DNA of 50,257 nucleotides from a virus (IMGVR_UViG_3300037470_000506:1-50257), one strand, 5' to 3'; positions 27,300 through 36,550 are shown, counted from the first letter of the stretch. Program-made: numbers and translations. Notes: generated by a model not told the origin, from the sequence alone.

Positions 27300-28813
27300 G
27301 ACCCGCCTCCGAACAGAACGAAGGGTGTGGGCGCCTCTTCCTCGGCGGGGAGTGCGTAGAAGGCGTTCACGAAGCTGGCCGCATCGAGCGCGTCGATCAC
27401 GCGCCGCTCCTGGTCGGCGAGGCGCCCCTCGACCGGCCGATCGAAGCGCACGTCGCCCCCCGGCAGCATGCGCGCGATCGCGTTGAGCACGTGCTGCGCC
27501 AAGCCGGGGTCGCCAGTGTGATGCAGCCAGTCGTTGCGCAGCGCCTCCATGAAGGCGTCGTAGTTCTCCACGTACTGCGTGTTCGACTGCGGCCAGTCGA
27601 TGACCTCGGCGCCGATCTCGTCCTCGATCCAGGCCGCGATGTCCGCGGCGCCCGAGATGTCCATGACGACGGTGTGGATCGGGTAGACCGTGTGGATCGC
27701 CTTCAGCGCCGTCTTGATCTCGTCGGGGTGCAGCGAGTTCCCGTCGCGCGGCGGGGTGATGATCGTTGCCGGCCCGAACAACCGATCCTTGGGGTCCTTC
27801 ATCCAGAAGGGCACGGCGGACGTCGTGTCCCACTTCCACGCCACGTCCAGGCCGAGCGCAATCGCCTGCCCCTTCGGGATGCCGGACTCCGACTTGGCGG
27901 CCGCCCACTCGGCCTCGGTGACGGCCGACTTGCCGCCGCGGGTGGCGATGTTGCACGCGAAGCGCTTCCAGTGGGCGAGCGTCATGGTCGGCGACGCGAA
28001 CTTGGTGGCCAGCGTCTGGGGCGTGATGCGGCGCGAGGGGTTGGCCGCCTTGACCACCTCCATGTCCTCGACGTCCGCACCCTCGGGCACGGCATACTCG
28101 TGCATGACGACATTGCCCGAGACGTAGCGCATACCACCGGTCGGGAGCCGGGTGACCTCGGTGGCCGTCTCGCGGATCCGCTTCCGGGTGACCTCGAACT
28201 CGGTCCCCGGCTCGCCGGCAGTCGAGATCAGCGCGATCTGGCCGCCGCGCTTGCGCAGCTTGCCGGTCCACGTCCGGTACAGCTTCATGTTCTTCATGCG
28301 GTGCGGCTCGTCGATGATGCCGAGCGTCGGGATCACGCCGTCACCCGTGTCATCGTCGGCGGCGAACACCTGGATACGGCCGCCGCGGAAGTGGTTGATG
28401 CGACGGAAGCCCTCCAGGCACAGGAAGCGGGGGACCGTCGTCTTGCGCTTGCCCTTGGCCTTCAGGATCGCCGACTCCCGCTCTTCGTGGAGCGCCGGGG
28501 TGCGGATGACGAAGCCCTCACCCTGCTGGTAGAGGATCACCGCCTGGTCGCGCGACGACGCGGCCACCGGGACCGCAGCCCGATCCCGATGCTCCGCGTG
28601 GTACAGCGCCAGGTCGGCGAGCAGCGTCGTCTTGCCGTTCTCTTCGGGAACCACGAGCCAGCACTCGGGGTAGCCGGCGAAGAGATCGGCGGCCCACAGC
28701 TCCTGGAACTCGTCGAGGATGAACGGCTCCAGGTTGTCGAGCGTCATGGCCGCCGACCAGGCGCGGAAGTGGTCGACGGTGAAGGGCTCGGAGATCGGAG
28801 CGGCGAGAACCAT
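27296..28813 (-). CDS. terL: Terminase large subunit
   Basis: Walker A PEENGKTT, Walker B IIDEPH, ISTAG, nuclease GLDVA..D and IDALDA. Confidence 0.93.
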   Translation of the reverse strand: MVLAAPISEPFTVDHFRAWSAAMTLDNLEPFILDEFQELWAADLFAGYPECWLVVPEENGKTTLLADLALYHAEHRDRAAVPVAASSRDQAVILYQQGEGFVIRTPALHEERESAILKAKGKRKTTVPRFLCLEGFRRINHFRGGRIQVFAADDDTGDGVIPTLGIIDEPHRMKNMKLYRTWTGKLRKRGGQIALISTAGEPGTEFEVTRKRIRETATEVTRLPTGGMRYVSGNVVMHEYAVPEGADVEDMEVVKAANPSRRITPQTLATKFASPTMTLAHWKRFACNIATRGGKSAVTEAEWAAAKSESGIPKGQAIALGLDVAWKWDTTSAVPFWMKDPKDRLFGPATIITPPRDGNSLHPDEIKTALKAIHTVYPIHTVVMDISGAADIAAWIEDEIGAEVIDWPQSNTQYVENYDAFMEALRNDWLHHTGDPGLAQHVLNAIARMLPGGDVRFDRPVEGRLADQERRVIDALDAASFVNAFYALPAEEEAPTPFVLFGGGS

Positions 28814-29826
28814 CAGCCGGCCCTCGCGGGAGACATGGCCGGCCGTAGTGCGTCCAGCAACGCGGCGTAGTGGGGCCCATCAAGGGGCGCCGTCCCATCC
28901 CAGACGTGATCGGCTGGTCCACGCGGAGCGAGAATGCGCAACATCCGCTCGACGTAGCGTGGCTCGCTCGAAGCCTCGCGCCGGCTCGCGAGCCGTCCAC
29001 GTCGCACATCGTCGGGGGTGTCGCAGCGGACCGTGATCGTGTCGGCGCGCCAGAACCCCTGCTCCCAATCTGAGCTACCAGCGGACTCCACGACCGAGCG
29101 ACGGCTGATCCGCCGGGCCAGACTTGCCCACGCTCCGCTCGGACGGACCAAATGGCCGGGCATGTCGGCGATGTCAAGCCGATCGAGACCGAGGTCGCGG
29201 GCGAGATGCTTCGCGAGTGCGGTCTTGCCCGACCCCGGCTGCCCCACGACGTGGATGATGCGGATACCCGCCGGCGCGCGGACGGTTCCCGGTGCGACCA
29301 CGGGTCGAGGGTCGGGCGTGGGCTTCTGCGGCAGCAGCTCGACCCCGAGGTACGAGCGGACATGCCTCTCCTCGGCAGGTCCCCCGGATCGACCCTCGGG
29401 TCGGCGTGGCGGCATACCCCCCCCCAGTACCCGGTGACCCTCGAACTCTTTCTCGCGGCAAGGCGCGGGGTCAGCATTTACGAGTGCCGGCAGCCCGTCG
29501 AAGGGGTACCCCCCTACCCGTGGTCGCTCCCTCCCGTACTTCGCTCGCTCGTTGCACCACGGATGCGCCACCACGTAGCCGGAGCTGGCATCGCCGTCGA
29601 CCACGTGCGCCGCGACCCAGCGCTCGCCGGGCTGGATGATCTCGCCGTCGTAGCCGCAGGGGGCGGGCAGGGTGGTGGCCAGGTGGGCACGGGCATCCTG
29701 ATGCTCCCCTCCGTACCCTCGCTCTGTCGTCGTTCGGCGGTGGCGCAGGCAGAAGCCACGATGACCTGGAGCAGCGGCCTCCGGGCAGCGGCCGCCGCGT
29801 ACGAGCTGACGACAGGGGCGCCTCAC
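28813..29826 (-). CDS. Degenerate HNH-like domain read through into a P-loop (nucleotide-kinase-like) domain; the kinase may also start at ATG 29415
   Basis: RRPC...FCLRH...RGYGGEHQ..R...AH...HPWCN, then VVGQPGSGKTALAKHLA. Confidence 0.7.
   Translation of the reverse strand: MRRPCRQLVRGGRCPEAAAPGHRGFCLRHRRTTTERGYGGEHQDARAHLATTLPAPCGYDGEIIQPGERWVAAHVVDGDASSGYVVAHPWCNERAKYGRERPRVGGYPFDGLPALVNADPAPCREKEFEGHRVLGGGMPPRRPEGRSGGPAEERHVRSYLGVELLPQKPTPDPRPVVAPGTVRAPAGIRIIHVVGQPGSGKTALAKHLARDLGLDRLDIADMPGHLVRPSGAWASLARRISRRSVVESAGSSDWEQGFWRADTITVRCDTPDDVRRGRLASRREASSEPRYVERMLRILAPRGPADHVWDGTAPLDGPHYAALLDALRPAMSPARAG
29417..29520. other. Candidate cos/packaging region
   Basis: G-runs (GGTAGGGGGGTACCCC, G9) and GACCCCGCGCC...CGCGAGAAAG on the minus strand between HNH and terminase, the usual cos position. 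Confidence 0.4.
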
Positions 29827-29952
29827 CTGTGCGCTCCCCATGCCCCGTCCGCGCGGAGGCGCCAGCCCATGAGCGGTGTCATAGGATCGTCCAGCAGGCG
29901 GCGCACGGCCCTCGCTCACCCCAGCAGTCGCCGCAGCAGTCCATGCAGTAGG

Positions 29953-30252
29953 TCACCCGAAGTACCCCGCTGCCATGCGCTGGAGACGGTCGAGGGTGCG
30001 GGTGTCAGTGACGATGCCGGATGGTGCAGCGACCCACGGAATGCGGGGTGCGCCGATGCGGGCCACCTCGGCCTCGATGGCCGCGTTCTCCTCCGGCGTG
30101 CTGAACGGTCGCCGGTCCGAACATGGGCACGAACAGCCGTGGCACGACCAGTGCTCGCCATCCTGACAACGCCGGCAGCCGTCGTACATCGTCGGGTCGG
30201 CGGCCTTCAATCGGTAGCCGGTCTCCGGCTCGATGAGGTCAAACGCGCGCAT
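29953..30252 (-). CDS. Cys-rich hypothetical protein
   Basis: CRRC...HWSCHGCSCPC. Confidence 0.55.
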   Translation of the reverse strand: MRAFDLIEPETGYRLKAADPTMYDGCRRCQDGEHWSCHGCSCPCSDRRPFSTPEENAAIEAEVARIGAPRIPWVAAPSGIVTDTRTLDRLQRMAAGYFG

Positions 30253-30412
30253 GGCATTGGTGCGACGTGGGCTCATTCGTCACCCTCGTGGTTCTGCACG
30301 TCGAGGCGCTGGGGCTCATCGTCCTCATCGAGCAGGTGATGCTCGCGGCGCAGCAGCAGCAGCGCGGCGACTACCAGCGCGCCGATGAACACGAAGAGCG
30401 GCAACTCGGGCA

Positions 30413-30742
30413 TCAGCGGATCGCGCCCTGTGCCCGCAGGCGCTGCTCGGTGCGCTTGCGGCGTGCGCGGCTAGGGCCGCGGACCGGTCGATTGGTGACG
30501 AGCCGCTCGATCTTCGCGTGAGCCTCTCGCCTCGCGGCCAGGCGGTGCGAGAAGAGCGGAGCGGACGACAGGAACGCACCGATGCGCCGTCCGCGCCAGC
30601 CGACTGACCGCATGCGAGGCTGGACGCGCAGCCACTTCGGCAGGCGAGCCTTCAGGCGCTCGAGCCAGTTGACCGGCTCGAACACCTCGGTGGACCATGT
30701 GCGGCCCTGGAGCCCAGCCGCCCGGAACTCAGCACGATTCAT
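30413..30742 (-). CDS. Basic hypothetical protein
   Basis: Arg-rich ORF. Confidence 0.5.
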   Translation of the reverse strand: MNRAEFRAAGLQGRTWSTEVFEPVNWLERLKARLPKWLRVQPRMRSVGWRGRRIGAFLSSAPLFSHRLAARREAHAKIERLVTNRPVRGPSRARRKRTEQRLRAQGAIR

Positions 30743-30754
30743 CGGATCAGCCGC

Positions 30755-31114
30755 TCACCGGGCCGGTGACGGGGTGTCATCGGGTCCGGTCGTATCCGTG
30801 GTGCCCTGCATGATGCGCCCGGCCTTCGAGGCGACCTCGAACGAGCCGGAGGCCGCAGTGACGACGGCGGCCCAGGTCAGCACGGCGCCCACGATGGCCG
30901 CGCCGTTGAGCACCGGCTGCAGGTCGTAGGCGGCCAGCCCGACGAGCGCAGCGGCCAGCACCATCAGCGTGTACAGCACCCCGCGGCCTTGGTTCGGCAG
31001 GAAGGGGACGGCGCGCTTCAGCAGCTCGACGAGGCCCGCCAGGGCACCGGCCCACACGACGGCACCAGCGGCCGTGAAGACCTCGGCGAGGGGAATCGGT
31101 AGTAGGTCACCCAT
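30755..31114 (-). CDS. Holin-like membrane protein
   Basis: Three TM segments, LVELLKR motif; downstream of the endolysin. Confidence 0.6.
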   Translation of the reverse strand: MGDLLPIPLAEVFTAAGAVVWAGALAGLVELLKRAVPFLPNQGRGVLYTLMVLAAALVGLAAYDLQPVLNGAAIVGAVLTWAAVVTAASGSFEVASKAGRIMQGTTDTTGPDDTPSPAR

Positions 31115-31307
31115 GAGACGGTTCCTCCTGTTCGAGATAGCAGTGGGAGCAGCGCCGCGTGTCGCCGAGCGCCAGCAGGGCGTCGGCGGTCTCCGCGTCG
31201 ATGGTTTCGCGGCCTTCGACGTCGTCGACGTTGCAAGATTCCCGAGGGTCTTTGTGGAGCGTGTCCACTCCCTCATTCCTGTTCAGCACGTAGTACGGGT
31301 CGCTCAT
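31107..31307 (-). CDS. Small Cys/His protein
   Basis: LH...ESCNVDD...RRCSHC. Confidence 0.6.
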   Translation of the reverse strand: MSDPYYVLNRNEGVDTLHKDPRESCNVDDVEGRETIDAETADALLALGDTRRCSHCYLEQEEPSHG

Positions 31308-31486
31308 CGCAGGTACTCCTCGTTCCACCATGCGATCAGTCCCCGACCTTTTCCGTCGCGACTCTCATGGGCGCCGTAGTGACCGGCGTCCCGCGTGCAC
31401 CACCACACGTCGTTCTTGGCGGCGCAGCGGATGCCGCGGGTGGCGCCAGTGATCTTCTGGCGAGTGGAAGGTCGCTCCACGGTCAT
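31304..31486 (-). CDS. Small Cys/His protein
   Basis: C...CTRDAGHYGAH. Confidence 0.55.
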   Translation of the reverse strand: MTVERPSTRQKITGATRGIRCAAKNDVWWCTRDAGHYGAHESRDGKGRGLIAWWNEEYLR

Positions 31487-32427
31487 CGCAGCGCCTCCAC
31501 CGTGGCGGCAGCCGGGATGCGTGCCCGCTCGATCTTGTCGGTCAGCGCGGCAACAAGAGCAGACGAGGGTTCAGGCGCCGGCCGCGGGTTGGTGAGGCTG
31601 CGGCGCGGGATCTCGAGCAGCTCCGGCCCTACCTCGGGGTCCGGGTACAGCGCCAGCAGCACGCGGCTGGTGGGCGTCGTGATCGCGCCATTGACGATCA
31701 CCGTCTCCTCGAGGAAGGTCGTCAGCTCGACGGCCGGCGCGGCCCACGCCTTGGGGATCACGCCCTGCCCGGGCTCCTGCGCGCGGAACGGTGCGCCGGG
31801 GACCGTCGTCCAGGTCTCTCGCTTGCGGCGCCAGGTACGGGTCAGCAGCATGTCATCCTCCTGTGTCGGGGTCGCAAGCAGTGCCGCGCGGAAGGTCCCC
31901 CAGTCGGTGCGGTCGGACTGCCCCTCGCTGTGGTTGTAGAGCGGATCGGGTGCGAGACTGGACGCGAACTGGGCCAGCAGCTCCGCGTAGCGGCGGCGTG
32001 CGCCGGCCATGAAGCCGCGGTCCGCGCTGAGCTTGGGAATCGTCACGCCGGTGGAGCCCGCGATGCTGACCGCGTAGCTGGCGGCGTTCGGATCCCACCA
32101 GCGATCGCCCAGGATGCGCGCCACGCGCGGATCCGGCGGATCGCGCCATGGCGGTCGGCGTGGATTCATGGAGTGCGACGCGTGCTCCGGGCGCACGATG
32201 CGCCTCGCCTCGAAGCCGTCGGCCTTCGGGTACCACAGCTCGTGGTAGGACGCCGAGCGCTCGGGCATGGCGATCAGAACGTTGACGATGGTGCCGACGG
32301 CCCCCGCCTCTCCCTCGCCGCCCTCGGTCGTGTGGCTCGCGATGCCGCGCGGACGCAGCGTGCCGCCGGCCAGAATGGTCTGCGGCATGCCATCGCGAAA
32401 GTCATCGACCACGGCGTAGAAGGCCAT
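31483..32427 (-). CDS. Endolysin, probable Zn N-acetylmuramoyl-L-alanine amidase
   Basis: HTTEG, ASYH, SHS, NH motifs in amidase_2 order; flanked by membrane proteins. Confidence 0.6.
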   Translation of the reverse strand: MAFYAVVDDFRDGMPQTILAGGTLRPRGIASHTTEGGEGEAGAVGTIVNVLIAMPERSASYHELWYPKADGFEARRIVRPEHASHSMNPRRPPWRDPPDPRVARILGDRWWDPNAASYAVSIAGSTGVTIPKLSADRGFMAGARRRYAELLAQFASSLAPDPLYNHSEGQSDRTDWGTFRAALLATPTQEDDMLLTRTWRRKRETWTTVPGAPFRAQEPGQGVIPKAWAAPAVELTTFLEETVIVNGAITTPTSRVLLALYPDPEVGPELLEIPRRSLTNPRPAPEPSSALVAALTDKIERARIPAAATVEALR

Positions 32428-32615
32428 CAGTCGGCCTCCTCAGGGTCGTCGCCGTACAGGCCGACCGGCAGCTCCTCGGCGGGCTCGATTGAGCCCTCGT
32501 CGCCATCGGCCAGGTGCCCGGCGTCGACGGCCTGCTCGAGCGCGAGGAACACGTCGGGCGCATCGACCCGTAGGGCCGATCCGCTGTCCGGCAGGCGGAT
32601 CTCGAAGCGGCTCAT
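32427..32615 (-). CDS. Small acidic protein
   Basis: Coupled ORF. Confidence 0.55.
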   Translation of the reverse strand: MSRFEIRLPDSGSALRVDAPDVFLALEQAVDAGHLADGDEGSIEPAEELPVGLYGDDPEEAD

Positions 32616-33055
32616 CAGTCACCCTCCCTGAAGGGCGGCGGCCGGTCGCTTGAGCGGCGCGTCAGCCAGAAGGCGATCGCGAACACGATGGGGATGACCC
32701 CGAGCAGCACGATCATCAGCGTCGAGGCGCCCGCCGTGCCCCCGAGCGTCGGCAGGCCGATGAAGCGACGGGCCACCAGGATGCCGAACCAGCAGAAGAC
32801 CAGCGTGATGACCGCGAAGCTCGCTGACAGCAGGCCCAGCAGCCACGAGCGACCCTCGAGCAGCCAGCGCAGCGGCCGGCCGATCCAGCGCACCAGGGGG
32901 TGGCTGAACAGCGGCGTGTGATACGTGGGCTCCGAGTCGGGCGCTGGCTCGCGATGGCTGGCCCAGAACAGGCGGGCGAAGAACACCGTCGCCGCCAGGT
33001 CACCGAACGGGATGACCAGGATCAGCCACAGCAGGAAGCCGACGTCGTCTGTCAT
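32615..33055 (-). CDS. Membrane protein (lysis module)
   Basis: Three hydrophobic helices. Confidence 0.65.
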   Translation of the reverse strand: MTDDVGFLLWLILVIPFGDLAATVFFARLFWASHREPAPDSEPTYHTPLFSHPLVRWIGRPLRWLLEGRSWLLGLLSASFAVITLVFCWFGILVARRFIGLPTLGGTAGASTLMIVLLGVIPIVFAIAFWLTRRSSDRPPPFREGD

Positions 33056-33234
33056 CGCGGTCGCGGCCGATGCATGGCGGCGTGGGCGCGGCGGGCCAGC
33101 TTCTCGACGCGCACGACCTCCGTCATCGCGTCGTCCCACACGTCGAAGCGTTCCTGCTGCTGACGGCGCTGCTCCTCGACCTCGGGCTGGTGGGTGTCGG
33201 AGCGCCGGCGGAGTCGGGAGAGCCAGCTCAGCAT
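33052..33234 (-). CDS. Small hypothetical protein
   Basis: Coupled ORF. Confidence 0.5.
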   Translation of the reverse strand: MLSWLSRLRRRSDTHQPEVEEQRRQQQERFDVWDDAMTEVVRVEKLARRAHAAMHRPRPR

Positions 33235-33476
33235 CACGAGCTGCCCGCCAGCTTCTCGACCACCTTGGTCAGCGCCCTCACCGCGTCGGTCTGCTCGCCG
33301 AACCGGTCGGCGTACGACTTGACGATGGCCACCTGCGCCTCGTAGTCCTCGCGCGGCACCGTGGCTCGCGGCAGCAGCGACCCGTCGCCGAGGCGTCGCA
33401 GGAAGTACAGCAGCAGGCCGCCCATGGCGGCGATCAGCGCGATGGCGGCCGAGACGATGACCGGGTCGGTGGTCAT
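33234..33476 (-). CDS. Single-TM protein, first gene of the late/lysis operon
   Basis: N-terminal TM helix followed by a coiled coil. Confidence 0.6.
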   Translation of the reverse strand: MTTDPVIVSAAIALIAAMGGLLLYFLRRLGDGSLLPRATVPREDYEAQVAIVKSYADRFGEQTDAVRALTKVVEKLAGSS

Positions 33477-33652
33477 CGTTCAGCTGGTGAAGCACGTCAC
33501 CACGCGCCTCGGTCCGGGGACGTGTTGCGACCTGCGGGCATCCGCACAGGACTACCCGCAGGCCCAGTGACCAGGATGGAGACTCCGCCTCGCACTCAAT
33601 GATTGAGCACGATTCGCGGTTTAGCGCAACCCCTCAGCGCGGGTCCGGCGGG

Positions 33653-34843
33653 TCAGCCCTTGACAGTGCCGATCGGCCGCAGTCGCTCGACGATCTCGAC
33701 CAGATCGGTACTCGCCTCCATGACGCTCTCGATGTCCTTATAGGCCCGCGGAGCCTCGTCGACCACCTCACTGGCATCGGGTGTGTAGACCCGCGTTCCG
33801 GCCGCGGTCAACTCGGCGAGCATCTCGTCAACGCCGGAGTACATGCGCTTCGCCGCGGCGCGGCTCATCGCCCGTCCCGCGCCGTGCTGGCACGTCTCGA
33901 ACGAGTCGGGGTTGCCGAGTCCCCGCGCCCAGTACGAGCCAGTGCCCATGCTGCCCGGGATCAGCACGTCCTCACCCGCTCGAGCGCGGACCGCGCCCTT
34001 GCGGTGGACGATGCCGTTCGTGCCCCGATGGTTCTCCCAGGCCGCGTAGTTGTGGTGGCAGTCCACGATGACCTGCCAGGCGCCGATGCTCGTGTGCTCG
34101 ACGAGCGCCTCGAAGACGCGCGCCAGCATCCGCGCTCGGTTGTGCTCGGCGAACCTCAGCGCGTACTCCATCGACTCCCAGTAGCCGCGGGCGAGATCGT
34201 CGTCCCACGGCAGGTACGCCAGCTCCTTGTCGGGGAGCGCCGAGAACCAGCGCTGGTTGAGGGCCAGCGCCGCCTTGTGGAACGTGTCGCAGATGCGCTT
34301 GCCGAGCGACCGGCTGCCAGAGTGGAGCATGACGTAGACGTGGCCGTCTTCATCCGTCTGGAGCTCGATGAAGTGGTTACCGCCGCCGAGCGTCCCGATC
34401 TGGTGCTGGACCTTCGAGATCCACGCGGGCTCGATCCACGCCGGCCACGTCGCGAGCTCGTCGGGCCACTCCTGCGGCGTCGCGTGCTCCGCCTGCGGAC
34501 CGTTGCCCACCGGTACGCCGGCGAGGATCGCGGCGCCGATCGCATCCATGCGTTCGACGGCTTCCTCGACGGTGAGGTCGGTGCGAGCCAGGACGACACC
34601 ACAGCCGATGTCGACGCCGATCGCGTAGGGCACCACCGCGCGATCCGCGAAGAGGACGCCACCGATGGGCATCCCATAGCCCTGATGGGCGTCGGGCATC
34701 AGCGAGACGTGGCTGATGACGAACGGCAGCCGCGCCAGGTTGTCCGCCTGATCGAGCGCACCCCGCTCGGCGGCACGTGCCCAGTTCTTGACGGGCTTCC
34801 CATTCGCCGGGACGTGGACCTCCGGTCCGATTGCGAGCGCCAT
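33653..34843 (-). CDS. rtcB: RtcB RNA ligase
   Basis: MPDAHQGYGMPIG, GVDIGCG, GTLGGGNHFIE, HSGSR, HHNY, HRKGA, IPGSMG, HGAGR, DEAPRAYK. Confidence 0.96.
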   Translation of the reverse strand: MALAIGPEVHVPANGKPVKNWARAAERGALDQADNLARLPFVISHVSLMPDAHQGYGMPIGGVLFADRAVVPYAIGVDIGCGVVLARTDLTVEEAVERMDAIGAAILAGVPVGNGPQAEHATPQEWPDELATWPAWIEPAWISKVQHQIGTLGGGNHFIELQTDEDGHVYVMLHSGSRSLGKRICDTFHKAALALNQRWFSALPDKELAYLPWDDDLARGYWESMEYALRFAEHNRARMLARVFEALVEHTSIGAWQVIVDCHHNYAAWENHRGTNGIVHRKGAVRARAGEDVLIPGSMGTGSYWARGLGNPDSFETCQHGAGRAMSRAAAKRMYSGVDEMLAELTAAGTRVYTPDASEVVDEAPRAYKDIESVMEASTDLVEIVERLRPIGTVKG

Positions 34844-34869
34844 GTGATCCCTTTCGTGGTGCGGTCAGG

Positions 34870-35145
34870 TTACCCGGCGATCGCCAGATTCAGCGGCCCC
34901 GGCTCATCCTTCATCCGTCGCGGACGATGGCCGAGCTCGAAGCGAACCGGCTTGCCGTGCTCACGTTCGACCTCCATCTCCAGCCAGTCGACGAACTCGG
35001 CGGGCGTGAAGCGGTTGAGTTCGCAGCCGCAGTCCTCGGGGTCGTGCGAGCAGATCTGTGCCATCAGATGACGCGCCGCGGCACGGAGGTCAGAGAGCAC
35101 CTCCGGCGTGAAGGTCGCCAGGAACTCGCGGCGTGGCTGGGTCAC
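34870..35145 (-). CDS. Hypothetical protein
   Basis: ORF upstream of rtcB. Confidence 0.55.
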   Translation of the reverse strand: MTQPRREFLATFTPEVLSDLRAAARHLMAQICSHDPEDCGCELNRFTPAEFVDWLEMEVEREHGKPVRFELGHRPRRMKDEPGPLNLAIAG

Positions 35146-35173
35146 GCGCGGCTAGCCCTCCTCTCCGACGCGC

Positions 35174-35920
35174 TCATCCATCGGGTCGCTCCTCCTTACT
35201 GGTGAGCCGAAGGTGCTGCTCGATGAGGTCGGCGGCATCTTGTAGCTGCACCATCGTTCCATCGGAGAGGGTGACGGTGCAGATGTGGTTCTCATCCAGC
35301 GAAGGCGGGGTGGCGCGAGCCTCGGCAATGGCGGTGCGGGCCGCTCGCAGGGCAGTCGAGATGATGAGGTCCGGATCATGGTCCGGTTCGGCGGGAACCC
35401 GCATCTCCCATCGAAGCCTGCCGGAACAGAGATCATCGACGGCCTTCTCGGCTCGCTCGATAAGCCGCAGCGCTTCGTCGCTCGGCTCCGCGAATGCGGG
35501 TGGGCGGTGGCGGTTGCATTCGTTGTAGCCGTTCTGTTGCGCCGAGATGCAGTTGTAGCAACTCGGCTCCCCGGAGTGCTCACCGGATGCCGAGCCGGGC
35601 TCCGGGGTGAACGGATGGGAGGTCATGCGCGATCGTCCGAGAGGCGGGCGAGGTTGGTGGCGTAGCGGGATGGCCTTCTGGATGAGCGGCTCGCCTACCG
35701 CCAGCGGGGTCTCCTGATCGACCACCCGCAGGGCTGCCCGGACGATTTGCTCCACATCCAGCGAAGGCGGGGTGGCGCGAGCCTCGGCAATGGCGAGGAT
35801 GGCGCGCAGAAGGTCCGGTCGGCGGGTCTGCCACATTCCGTCATTCGGCTCGTGGGCCGCGAGAAGCTCGCGTCCTGCCTCGGTGCTCGGCTCCTCGGAT
35901 GCGGGTGGGCGGTCAGTCAT
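35174..35920 (-). CDS. Repeat-module protein (probably two cassettes fused by a frameshift near 35668)
   Basis: Contains RPPASEEPSTE, RPPAFAEPS and two AEARATPPSLD motifs. Confidence 0.65.
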   Translation of the reverse strand: MTDRPPASEEPSTEAGRELLAAHEPNDGMWQTRRPDLLRAILAIAEARATPPSLDVEQIVRAALRVVDQETPLAVGEPLIQKAIPLRHQPRPPLGRSRMTSHPFTPEPGSASGEHSGEPSCYNCISAQQNGYNECNRHRPPAFAEPSDEALRLIERAEKAVDDLCSGRLRWEMRVPAEPDHDPDLIISTALRAARTAIAEARATPPSLDENHICTVTLSDGTMVQLQDAADLIEQHLRLTSKEERPDG

Positions 35921-36416
35921 GGTTCTGCTCCGTTAGGCGGGCGAGGATGTGTTCGGCCAGCATTCGTGGAGCGATAACGCCGTTCTTGCCGGGGATTGAG
36001 TCGGCCAGAATCGCCGTCAGCACATCCAGCGAAGGCGGGGTGGCGCGGGCCTCGATGGAACGTGTGAAATCGAGCAGCGCGGCTACGTCCTCCACAGACA
36101 CCTTGCTAAGCCGTCCACGTTCTCGTTGTAGATGGCGCATTCCTTCGAGCACAAGTGCAGCCTCGGTGCTCGGCTCCTCTATGTTGATGCCAAGTACTCG
36201 GGCGTTATGCGCCAGAACGGCCTCAACGATGCGGGGGTCTTCGTAGTTCGCATCGCCCACTCGCCCCGGGCTCGGCTCCCCGGATGCGGGTGGGCGGTGG
36301 TCTATGCCAATTTCGCCATCTTCTTTGAAGTGGTAGACGTTGGTTCCGCCGCATCCTTCTTCCGGGCAAGGCTCCGTGCTCGGCTCCCCGGATGCGGGTG
36401 GGCGGTCAGTGGTCAT
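35913..36416 (-). CDS. Repeat-module protein
   Basis: Three A motifs and one B motif in 167 aa. Confidence 0.7.
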   Translation of the reverse strand: MTTDRPPASGEPSTEPCPEEGCGGTNVYHFKEDGEIGIDHRPPASGEPSPGRVGDANYEDPRIVEAVLAHNARVLGINIEEPSTEAALVLEGMRHLQRERGRLSKVSVEDVAALLDFTRSIEARATPPSLDVLTAILADSIPGKNGVIAPRMLAEHILARLTEQNHD

Positions 36417-36550
36417 CGGCTCTTGCCTCGCTTCTCAATGAACTCGCAGCCCTCGCAGCCCTTGACGACGGTCGCATGACGCCACAGGTGCAGGATTACG
36501 AATCCCAACAGGCTCGGCTCCCCGGATGCGGGTGGGCGGGGGTCAGTCAT
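36413..36550 (-). CDS. Repeat-module micro-protein (45 aa)
   Basis: Manually translated MTDPRPPASGEPSLLGFVILHLWRHATVVKGCEGCEFIEKRGKSR. Confidence 0.55.
   Translation of the reverse strand: MTDPRPPASGEPSLLGFVILHLWRHATVVKGCEGCEFIEKRGKSR

Noticed and set aside
33604-33615. TGAGCACGATTC repeated at 37959-37970, flanking rtcB and the array
   Set aside because: Many 12-bp matches are expected by chance in 50 kb; no other support
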